This document shows, one piece after another, positions 28,138 to 35,884 of a DNA stretch of 64,000 nt. The notes under the pieces are model-generated. The model ran no database searches and was not told the origin of the DNA. It was given only the letters and a program-made list of their open reading frames with translations. Source of the stretch: Burkholderiales bacterium (GTDB taxonomy: Bacteria > Pseudomonadota > Gammaproteobacteria > Burkholderiales > SG8-39). The stretch is taken from assembly GCA_038903735.1 (NCBI GenBank), contig JBCKLP010000001.1:1767-65766 (forward strand), given 5' to 3'. A program made the translations under genes and the position numbers. Numbering within the stretch: position 1 is the stretch's first letter; every line of letters starts with the position of its first letter.

Positions 28138-29703
28138 TCAGTGGCGGAAGTGGCGCACGCCGGTAAACACCATGGCGATGCCCAGTTCGTCGGCCGCGGC
28201 GATGACTTCATTGTCACGCAGGCTGCCGCCGGGTTGAATGATCGCCCTTGCGCCTGCCTGGGCTACCACATCGACACCGTCGCGAAACGGGAAAAATGCA
28301 TCCGAGGCCACGACCGATTTTTCCAGAGACAGCCCGGCATTCTGCGCCTTGATGGCGGCCATGCGCGCACTGTCCACGCGGCTCATCTGGCCGGCGCCCA
28401 CGCCCAGTGTGCGACCTCCGCCGCAAAACACGATGGCATTGGATTTGACGAATTTGGCAACCCGCCAGGCAAACAACAGGTCCGCCATCTGCGCGGCGTC
28501 GGGCGCGAGGCGTGTGACTACACGCAGGTCAGAGGCCGCCAGATTGCGATTGTCGGGTGTTTGCACCAGGAGCCCCCCGCCAACGCGCTTGAGATCGCGC
28601 TCAGCCGAGGCGTCGCCGGCGGCAATTTCGAGCAGACGGACATTGGCCTTGGCCGCCATGATCTCGCGTGCGGCCGGGGAAATTTCCGGCGCGATCGCCA
28701 CTTCGACGAAAAGCCTGGCGAGCGCTTGTGCGGTGTCGGCATCCAGCGGGCGGTTGAAGGCAACGATACCGCCGAATGCCGAGGTCGGATCGCAGGCAAG
28801 CGCCGCCTGATAGGCTTGCAGCGCCGTGCCGCCCACGGCAACGCCGCAGGGGTTGGCATGCTTGACAATGACACAGGCCGGCGTGTCGAAGGTTTTCACG
28901 CATTCCCAGCCAGCATCGGCGTCGGCAATATTGTTGTAGGACAACTCCTTGCCCTGAATCTGCCGATAGTTGGCCAGTGCGCCGGCAAAGGGCTGCGGAT
29001 CCCGATAAAACGCCGCGCTTTGATGGGGGTTCTCCCCGTAGCGCAGGTCCTGCACTTTCGAGAATTGCAGCGTCAGTCGCTCCGGCCATGGCTGACGTTT
29101 TCCGTCCGCATCCACGCTGCTCAGGTAATTGCTGATCGCCGCGTCGTAGGCGGCGGTATGGGTAAATACCTTTTTTGCCAGCTCAAAGCGGCGCGCGGCG
29201 CCGAGCGCGCATTCATTAGCCTGCAGTTCGGCGAGCAGGCTGGCGTAATCATGCGGATCGACAAGCACGGCAACACCCTGATGATTCTTGGCCGCTGCCC
29301 GCAACATGCTCGGCCCGCCAATATCGATATTCTCGATGGCCTCATCGAGGGAGCAGTCGGCACGCGCCACGGTTTTCTCGAAGGGGTAGAGATTCACCAC
29401 CACCAGGTCTATGGGCTCGATGTCGGCTTCGCGTATGGCACGCATGTGCTCGGGCAGGTCGCGCCTGGCAAGCAAGCCGCCATGGATGCGCGGATGCAGG
29501 GTCTTTACCCGGCCGTCCAGCATTTCCGGAAAACCTGTGTAATCGGACACTTCAGTGACGATAATGCCGGACTGTGTGAGTGCCTTCGCGGTGCCGCCCG
29601 TGGAAACAATGGCGACCCCAAGTCCGCTCAGCACGCGGGCAAACTCCACCACGCCGGTTTTATCGGATACGCTGATGAGCGCCCGGCGAATGGTGATGTT
29701 CAT
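28138..29703 (-). CDS. purH: bifunctional AICAR transformylase / IMP cyclohydrolase
   Basis: 521 aa with [11 protein letters not shown] and a C-terminus ending FTGVRHFRH. The start codon lies inside the Family-1 repeat. Confidence 0.95.
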   Translation of the reverse strand: MNITIRRALISVSDKTGVVEFARVLSGLGVAIVSTGGTAKALTQSGIIVTEVSDYTGFPEMLDGRVKTLHPRIHGGLLARRDLPEHMRAIREADIEPIDLVVVNLYPFEKTVARADCSLDEAIENIDIGGPSMLRAAAKNHQGVAVLVDPHDYASLLAELQANECALGAARRFELAKKVFTHTAAYDAAISNYLSSVDADGKRQPWPERLTLQFSKVQDLRYGENPHQSAAFYRDPQPFAGALANYRQIQGKELSYNNIADADAGWECVKTFDTPACVIVKHANPCGVAVGGTALQAYQAALACDPTSAFGGIVAFNRPLDADTAQALARLFVEVAIAPEISPAAREIMAAKANVRLLEIAAGDASAERDLKRVGGGLLVQTPDNRNLAASDLRVVTRLAPDAAQMADLLFAWRVAKFVKSNAIVFCGGGRTLGVGAGQMSRVDSARMAAIKAQNAGLSLEKSVVASDAFFPFRDGVDVVAQAGARAIIQPGGSLRDNEVIAAADELGIAMVFTGVRHFRH

Positions 29704-29865
29704 CTAAAACTAACTCCGGTTTGAAACCCCGCCCTTTAGGGCGGTGGGAGCCGACCCCGGCCTGAAGGCCGGGGTTTCGGGGGCGGGCGTTTTGGGAGGG
29801 GATGCAAACCCCTTCCAAAACATGTTAGAGCGACAGGCCTGAAGGCTTGTCGCTAATTTCTTGCT
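29699..29865 (-). mobile_element. Family-1 structured repeat, full copy (MITE/REP-like, 167 bp)
   Basis: Near-identical to 33847-34009. It has four or more hairpins and no ORF. It is flanked by GATG(T) direct repeats. Its gene-proximal end is GGAGTTAGTTTTAGATGAA. Confidence 0.85.
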
Positions 29866-29924
29866 GATGTCAGGTGGAACCTTGTTGGCGCGTTCTTGCA
29901 TGCTTGGCACCGCGGGGGAGTGCG

Positions 29925-30176
29925 TCAACTGTTGATTTTCAGGGCGTTGATTTTCTTGCGCAGCGTATTTCTGTTGATGCCAAGCATCTCCGCGGCGATT
30001 GTCTGGTTGCCCTCGGCATGATCCAGCACGGCTTCGAGCATGGGGCGCTCCACATTCTTCAGAACCATTTCATAGATCGAGCAGGGGCGCGTGCCGTCCA
30101 GATCCTTGAAATAGCGTTCCAGAGAACGACGCACACTGTCAGCTATTTCATTGCCTTGCCGCAATCCCGTGCTCAT
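29925..30176 (-). CDS. fis: DNA-binding protein Fis
   Basis: 83 aa with the C-terminal HTH NQTIAAEMLGINRNTLRKKI. It overlaps the dusB stop. Confidence 0.92.
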   Translation of the reverse strand: MSTGLRQGNEIADSVRRSLERYFKDLDGTRPCSIYEMVLKNVERPMLEAVLDHAEGNQTIAAEMLGINRNTLRKKINALKINS

Positions 30177-31180
30177 GCCGCCTCCAGTTCGAGGTATTGA
30201 AGATGCCTGCCCTGCTGCGTCATCTGGCAGAAAAAGCCGTCGACCGCAGCCAGTTGCTCCTCGCAGATTTCAATCTGGTTCATCCGCTGCCGGAAACTTG
30301 CGGACCCCGCCAGACCCTTGGTGTACCAGGAAATATGCTTGCGCGCGACCTTCACGCCCCGTTCCCTGCCGTAGAAGGAGTAAAGCTCATGCAGGTGCGC
30401 AATCAGTACTTCATGGATCTCGCTCACCAGCGGCGGGTCGAGTTTGCGGCCGGACGCCAGAAAATATTCAATCTCGCGGAAAATCCATGGCCGGCCCTGT
30501 GCCGCGCGCCCGATCATCACGCCGTCCGCGCCGGTGTAATCGAGCACATGCCTGGCATCTTCGGGGGTGAGAATATCGCCATTGGCCACAACAGGGAGCG
30601 GGCTCGCGTTCTTGACCTCGCGTATGGTGTCGTACTCGGCATGTCCGGAAAACCCGCAGGCGCGGGTGCGTCCGTGCAGGGAAAGCAATTTGATGCCGCT
30701 TTCTGCGGCGATGCGCGCCACCGTGAGAGCGTTGCGGCTGCTGGCATCCCAGCCGGTGCGAAATTTCAGCGTGACCGGCACGCGGGAGGCCTGCACGACG
30801 GCTTCGAGGATTTTGCCCACCAGGCTTTCGTCGCGCAGCAATGCCGAGCCTGCCATGGCGTTGCATACCTTTTTGGCGGGACAACCCATGTTGATGTCGA
30901 TGATCTGCGCGCCCTCGTCGACGTTGTAGCGCGCGGCATCGGCCATCATCTGCGGGTCGGCCCCCGCAATCTGCACCGAGATCGGGTCGACTTCGCCGTC
31001 ATGATTGGCGCGCCGGCGCGTTTTCTCGCTGCCCCACAAGAGGGAGTTCGAGGAGACCATCTCGGAGACGGCAAGTCCGGCGCCAAACTTTTTGCACAAC
31101 TGCCGGAATGGCCGGTCAGTGACGCCTGCCATCGGCGCGACAAAAAGGTTATTGCGCAGCACATGGGTGCCGATTTGCAT
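30173..31180 (-). CDS. dusB: tRNA-dihydrouridine synthase B
   Basis: 335 aa with VAPMAGVTDRPFR and a TIM-barrel Dus pattern. The dusB-fis order is conserved. Confidence 0.92.
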   Translation of the reverse strand: MQIGTHVLRNNLFVAPMAGVTDRPFRQLCKKFGAGLAVSEMVSSNSLLWGSEKTRRRANHDGEVDPISVQIAGADPQMMADAARYNVDEGAQIIDINMGCPAKKVCNAMAGSALLRDESLVGKILEAVVQASRVPVTLKFRTGWDASSRNALTVARIAAESGIKLLSLHGRTRACGFSGHAEYDTIREVKNASPLPVVANGDILTPEDARHVLDYTGADGVMIGRAAQGRPWIFREIEYFLASGRKLDPPLVSEIHEVLIAHLHELYSFYGRERGVKVARKHISWYTKGLAGSASFRQRMNQIEICEEQLAAVDGFFCQMTQQGRHLQYLELEAA

Positions 31181-31220
31181 TGGATTTATTCAGGATGGGT
31201 GGATCAAGCGGGGTAACAAT

Positions 31221-31249
31221 TCTATACCCAATCACCGCGCGTCTGACAA
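31221..31249 (-). promoter_or_regulatory. candidate sigma70 promoter for dusB-fis
   Basis: On the minus strand, TTGTCA-17 nt-TATAGA lies about 40 nt upstream of the dusB ATG. Confidence 0.35.
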
Positions 31250-31387
31250 TGCTGCTTTGTCAGTCATGGTCAAGGCAATGTGCCGGGATGTGTGCCGGGA
31301 TGTTGACGTCCGCGGGCAGTAGTGATAGCGGTTGGTCACACGGAATCCGTGAGCAGGATAATTTTCCCTGCAACGCACCCGCTGAGG

Positions 31388-32536
31388 TCAGCGCGAACGG
31401 CGAAGGCCGTACATCATCAGGTCGGCAAGCAGGCTTCTCGCACCGGGCAGCGTATCGATGGCGAAGAGGGCGCCGCCGCGCGCCGCGCGCGCAAGCCCGC
31501 TGTCGAGCGTGAAAACACGCGCCAGCGCGTCTGTCATGGCGATTCCCGCGCGGCGGTCATTACGGCGCCGGCGCTCGTAATCAGTGGCAAATTCCGGCCG
31601 ATTGCGCGCTTCACCGGCATCAAGGATGGCGGCGCCCAGCTCCCAGGCATCGCGCAAGCCCAGATTGAGGCCCTGGCCGGCCACCGGATGCAGGCTTTGC
31701 GCGGCGTTACCGATGGCAATCACCCCGGGTGTGGCGGGCGTCTTGTGATAGCGAAGCACCAGCATGACGCTGTGGCGCGCGCTGACCTCCAGAAAGCGAC
31801 CCAGGCGCGTTCCAAAGGCGCTGCCGATCCTTGCCAGGAAATCCTGCTCTTCAATGGCACACAGTGCGGGCCCGGCGCCGCGCGGCAGGCACCATACCAG
31901 CGAAAATCCGTTGCTGCTGGGCAACAGGGCAAGAGGTCCGTCCGGCAGAAAACGCTCGTAGGCGACATTGTTGTGGGGAATTTCCGTGCGCAGCTGTGCC
32001 ACCAGGGCGTCCTGGCGGTAATCGCGGTATGCCGGATCGACGCTGCCGGAGAGGTGTGCGCCCGAACCGGGTCCGCCGCCATCCGCCAGCACCAGCAGTC
32101 GGGTATGGAATTCCTGCTCTTCACCATCGTGCAGGGCCACCCGCAGGGTGATTCCGCTTGCTGCTGTTGACCATGCGGTGAGCTGCCCGGCGAGCGCGCC
32201 CTCCAGGCGTGCGTCCATGGCCGCGCGAATCGCGTTGTAAGGGCTGACGTAACCCAGTGCCGGGAGTCGATAATCGTCGGCGCAAATCAACACACGGCCC
32301 AAGGTGCCGCGCTGCGAGACGTGAATGCTGCGAACCGGTGTGACGGCCAGATTCGAAAATACGCCCAGGGGCTCCAGCAACAGGCGCGAGCCTGCGGACA
32401 ATACGATAGGCCGCTCGCTGCCGGCTTGCGCATGATCGACGCGCAGCACGGCCAGTTGCGATTCGCGCAGGGACAGTGCCAGCAGCGCACCCACCGGGCC
32501 GCCGCCGGCAATGACCACATCGAAGTTCCGGTCCAT
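31388..32536 (-). CDS. ubiH: UbiH/UbiF/VisC/COQ6 family FAD-dependent monooxygenase
   Basis: 382 aa with FDVVIAGGGPVGALLA and GNAAQSLHPVAGQGLNLG. It lies directly downstream of pepP, as in the E. coli pepP-ubiH order. Confidence 0.7.
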   Translation of the reverse strand: MDRNFDVVIAGGGPVGALLALSLRESQLAVLRVDHAQAGSERPIVLSAGSRLLLEPLGVFSNLAVTPVRSIHVSQRGTLGRVLICADDYRLPALGYVSPYNAIRAAMDARLEGALAGQLTAWSTAASGITLRVALHDGEEQEFHTRLLVLADGGGPGSGAHLSGSVDPAYRDYRQDALVAQLRTEIPHNNVAYERFLPDGPLALLPSSNGFSLVWCLPRGAGPALCAIEEQDFLARIGSAFGTRLGRFLEVSARHSVMLVLRYHKTPATPGVIAIGNAAQSLHPVAGQGLNLGLRDAWELGAAILDAGEARNRPEFATDYERRRRNDRRAGIAMTDALARVFTLDSGLARAARGGALFAIDTLPGARSLLADLMMYGLRRSR

Positions 32537-32546
32537 GGCCGAACGC

Positions 32547-33851
32547 TCAGGCCGAGCCTACCAGCGCCTCGATTTCCGCGATGCTTTTCGGCGTGGCTGC
32601 GCTCAGAACCTCGTTGCCGGTTTCCGTAACCAGCACATCGTCCTCGATACGCACGCCGATATTCCAGAATTCACGCGGAATGGATTCGTGCGGGCGTATG
32701 TAGCAGCCCGGTTCGACGGTCAGCATCATGCCGGGGCGCAATGGCCGCCATTCGCCGGCGGTTTTGTACTCGCCCGCATCATGCACATCCAGCCCCAGCC
32801 AGTGGCCGGTACGGTGCATGTAAAAGCGCTTGTAGTCCTCTTTCTCCAGAACCTCAGCCAGGCTTCCCTTGCAAAGACCCAGATCGATGAATCCCTGCGC
32901 CAGCGTTTGCACGGCCGCCTCGTGCGCTTCGTTCCAGTGCCTGCCGGGCGCGACCTTGGCAATGGCGGCTGCCTGTGCGGCCAGCACCAGCCCATAAATT
33001 TCCCGCTGTCGCGCCGTGAATTTTCCGCCGATCGGCCAGGTCCGGGTGATGTCCGAGGCATATCCGTCAAGCTCGCACCCGGCATCGACCAGCAACAGTT
33101 CGTTCTCTCGCAGTGCGGCGTTATTGTCGCGATAATGCAGTATGCAGGCATTGGCGCCGCCGGCGACGATGGGCCAGTAAGCGGGGTATTGCGCGCCAAG
33201 GCGTCGAAACTGGTACAGCAGCTCGGCCTCGATCTCGTGCTCGTGCATGCCGGGGCGGGTGGCGCGCATGGCACTGCGATGGCCAGCGTCCGAAATCAGC
33301 GCAGCCCTGCGCATGGTGGCAATCTCGGTCGCGTCTTTGATCAGCCGCATCTCGTCCAGCGGGCCGCGCAGGTCGTGAATCTCAGCCGGCGCAGTGACAC
33401 CGGTGCGCGCTTGCGCGCGCACCTGATTCAGCCAGGACATGATGCGCGCGTCCCAGGCGGGATCGGCGCCGGGCATGTAATGCAGGCAGGGCTGGTCGGC
33501 GAGCAGTTTAGGAAGCATCTCATCGAGCTGCGAAATCGGGTGCGCCTCGTCAAAGCCAAAGCGCTCGCGGGCCGCCTCGGGGCCGAAACGAAAGCCCTCC
33601 CAAAGTTCCCGCTCGACATTCTTGTCGCGGCAGAACAGCAGCGACTTCGGCTCGCTTCCGGCAACCAGCACCAGAACCGCTTCCGGTTCCGGAAACGCCG
33701 TCAGGTAATAGAAATAGCTGTCATAGCGATAGAGGTAATCGCTGTCGCGATTGCGAAGTCGCTCGGGTGAGGTGGGAAGGATGGCCACACCACCCTGCAT
33801 GCTGCTGCAGAGTGCTGCACGGCGTCGTGCCTGTTCGATAGCTGTGTTCAT
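32547..33851 (-). CDS. pepP: Xaa-Pro aminopeptidase
   Basis: 434 aa with metal ligand motifs DAGCELDGYASDITRT and HRTGHWLGLDVHD. The start codon lies inside the Family-1 repeat. Confidence 0.92.
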   Translation of the reverse strand: MNTAIEQARRRAALCSSMQGGVAILPTSPERLRNRDSDYLYRYDSYFYYLTAFPEPEAVLVLVAGSEPKSLLFCRDKNVERELWEGFRFGPEAARERFGFDEAHPISQLDEMLPKLLADQPCLHYMPGADPAWDARIMSWLNQVRAQARTGVTAPAEIHDLRGPLDEMRLIKDATEIATMRRAALISDAGHRSAMRATRPGMHEHEIEAELLYQFRRLGAQYPAYWPIVAGGANACILHYRDNNAALRENELLLVDAGCELDGYASDITRTWPIGGKFTARQREIYGLVLAAQAAAIAKVAPGRHWNEAHEAAVQTLAQGFIDLGLCKGSLAEVLEKEDYKRFYMHRTGHWLGLDVHDAGEYKTAGEWRPLRPGMMLTVEPGCYIRPHESIPREFWNIGVRIEDDVLVTETGNEVLSAATPKSIAEIEALVGSA

Positions 33852-34009
33852 CTAAAACCAACTCCGGTTTGAAACCCCGCCCTTTAGGGCGGTGGGAGCC
33901 GACCCCGGCCTGAAGGCCGGGGTTTCGGGGGCGAGCGTTTTGGGAGGGGATGCAAACCCCTTCCAAAACATGTTGGACAGGCCTGAAGGCTTGTCGCTAA
34001 TTTCTTGCT
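33847..34009 (-). mobile_element. Family-1 structured repeat, full copy (163 bp)
   Basis: Near-identical to 29699-29865. It is flanked by a perfect 6-bp direct repeat GCTGTG (33841-33846 and 34010-34015). Confidence 0.85.
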
Positions 34010-34051
34010 GCTGTGAAGTATAGGGTCAAGCCGTGACGCATGGATTGCCCA

Positions 34052-34723
34052 TTATTTTCGCGCCAAATCCCGATCAAGGTCGGCCAGGCGTTGCGGCGTG
34101 CCGATGTCGTGCCAGGCGCCGCAATAAAGTTCTGCGCTGGCGCGCTCCGCGGCGGCGGCTGTGCGCAACAGCGGCGCCAGCGCGCAGCGCGCGCCGGGCT
34201 CGATCTCCGCAAACAACGCAGGGTCATACAGGCCGATGCCGGAAAAAGTATGCTGCTGCGGGCCTTCATTGCGCAGGAGGGTTCCATCGATCGCGAAATC
34301 GCCTTTCAGCTTATGCGCAGGGTTGGGGACCAGGACCAGGTGAGCGCTGTTAGTGCCGAGCCGATGCCCGCGTAGGCTACCGAAATCGAAATCACAGTAG
34401 ATGTCGCCCGCCACGGCAATGAAAGCCTCATTGCCCAGCAAGGGCATGGCCTTGGCGATGCCACCTGCTGTTTCCAGTGCCTTGCCTTCTGCGGAATAGC
34501 GTATCGATACGCCAAAGCGGCGGCCATCTCCCAGGGCGGCCTCTATTAGTGCACCCAGGTGCGCATGGTTGATAACGATGTCGAGTATCCCGCCCTCGCG
34601 CAGGCGCTCCAGAGTCCAGACGATCAAAGGCTTGCCGCCGGCGGCCAGCAGGGGCTTGGGTGTGGCATCGGACAATGGCCGCATGCGCTCGCCGCGCCCG
34701 GCCGCAAGTATCATCGCTCTCAT
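34052..34723 (-). CDS. murU: nucleotidyltransferase, MurNAc-alpha-1-phosphate uridylyltransferase-like
   Basis: Begins MRAMILAAGRGERMRPLSDATPKPLL. The ATG overlaps the stop of the upstream kinase gene (ATGA). The pairing with amgK next to lptD matches Pseudomonas. Confidence 0.65.
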   Translation of the reverse strand: MRAMILAAGRGERMRPLSDATPKPLLAAGGKPLIVWTLERLREGGILDIVINHAHLGALIEAALGDGRRFGVSIRYSAEGKALETAGGIAKAMPLLGNEAFIAVAGDIYCDFDFGSLRGHRLGTNSAHLVLVPNPAHKLKGDFAIDGTLLRNEGPQQHTFSGIGLYDPALFAEIEPGARCALAPLLRTAAAAERASAELYCGAWHDIGTPQRLADLDRDLARK

Positions 34724-35811
34724 TGGCTGGCAGCGGCGCCGTGCGCTGCGAGTTGATCGAGCAGGCGGGCCAGGCCGCCCAAGTCCCGGTAGCGGCGGCA
34801 CGTGGCGAGAAGATAGCCGAGCACCCTCGGCTGGTCGCCAAGATACCCACGTTTGCCGTCACGAAAGGCAAGGCGGGCAAAGATGCCGACAACCTTGAGT
34901 TGGCGCTGCACGCCCATCCATTCGAAATCCCGGTAAAAAACCGCGAAATCGGCCGCAACCGGGAGGCCGGCGCGGCGCGCTGCCTCCCAATAGCGTACGC
35001 ACCATTCGATGACGAGTGCCTCTTCCCATGCCACATAGGCGTCGCGCAGCAGCGACACCAGATCGTAGGTGAGGGGTCCGTGAACGGCATCCTGGAAATC
35101 CAGAATGCCCGGATTGGGGCTGCAAACCATCAAATTTCGCGAATGATAGTCGCGATGCACGAATACCCTGGGTTGCGCCAGATTGTTGTCGACAATGGCA
35201 GCAAATGCGGCATGTAATACTGCCTGCTGGGCCGAAGAAAGCGTTATTCCCAGTTGTTTTGCCACATACCATTCGGGAAACAAGCGCAACTCGCGCATGA
35301 GAAGGGCGCGATCATAATCGGGCAGATTGCGGGCAAGGTCGGCCTGCTGGATGGTGACCAGGGCCTCCAGCGCATCGCGATAAAGGTGATCGATATCGCC
35401 GCTATGCGATGCACCGGTGTCCTCACGCCACTGGCGCAACTGGTCAAGGTAGGTGCAGCCGCCCAGGTCGGAGAGCAGCAGAAATCCCCTGGCAGTGTCC
35501 TGCGCCCGGATAAGGGGCACGTTGACCCCCGCTTCATGGAGGAGGGCTGCGACGTGCAGGAAGGGTTGGCAATTTTCCTGGGCTGGCGGCGCATCCATGG
35601 CTATCAAGCTGCTGCCGTCGCCGCGGCGGATACGGAAGTAGCGCCGAAAACTGGCATCAGCGGAGGCCGGTTCCAGATCCAATGGCTCCTCCGGCAACTG
35701 TTCCTGCAGCCAATCGCGCAGCAGCGCCAGCCGATCCGGCACGTCCGGCGGGTCCGCCGGCGCAGGCATCATTGCGGATGCGGGGGGCACTGATTCATGA
35801 GCATCGGTCAA
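34720..35811 (-). CDS. amgK: aminoglycoside-phosphotransferase-fold kinase, anomeric MurNAc/GlcNAc kinase-like
   Basis: 363 aa with the catalytic loop HRDYHSRNLMV, followed by ILDFQDA. Confidence 0.6.
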   Translation of the reverse strand: MTDAHESVPPASAMMPAPADPPDVPDRLALLRDWLQEQLPEEPLDLEPASADASFRRYFRIRRGDGSSLIAMDAPPAQENCQPFLHVAALLHEAGVNVPLIRAQDTARGFLLLSDLGGCTYLDQLRQWREDTGASHSGDIDHLYRDALEALVTIQQADLARNLPDYDRALLMRELRLFPEWYVAKQLGITLSSAQQAVLHAAFAAIVDNNLAQPRVFVHRDYHSRNLMVCSPNPGILDFQDAVHGPLTYDLVSLLRDAYVAWEEALVIEWCVRYWEAARRAGLPVAADFAVFYRDFEWMGVQRQLKVVGIFARLAFRDGKRGYLGDQPRVLGYLLATCRRYRDLGGLARLLDQLAAHGAAASQ

Positions 35812-35884
35812 TCCGTGTTGCCTTCCGCATTGAATTGTGCGATTTTAGCATCGCACTCTTCATCAGATTCCTGACCTCACCCCT

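Noticed and set aside
28141-29724. 527-aa ORF on the plus strand covering all of purH
   Set aside because: It is antisense to a strongly supported purH, has no recognisable motifs, and is a typical GC-rich shadow ORF. The same applies to 12399-13418 (antisense hemA), 30197-31216 (antisense dusB), 32511-33770 (antisense pepP), 25202-25825, 39850-40983 and many others in the track.
29802-29818. Sigma-54 promoter-like TTGGAAGGGGTTTGCAT inside the Family-1 element. Similar candidates are TGGCATCTCGTTGGAA at 6456-6471 in each tandem unit and TGGCACAATTCAGCC at 41362-41377.
   Set aside because: In each case the GG-to-GC spacing is one nucleotide off the strictly spaced TGGCAC-N5-TTGC consensus, or the -12 element is wrong. 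No enhancer-binding protein gene is nearby.
29704-29924. ZTP (pfl) or other purine riboswitch upstream of purH
   Set aside because: The same sequence precedes pepP and a Bug gene. I could not find the conserved ZTP elements (for example the CCGCCTGGGC-type 3' sub-domain). The structure is explained by the repeat family.
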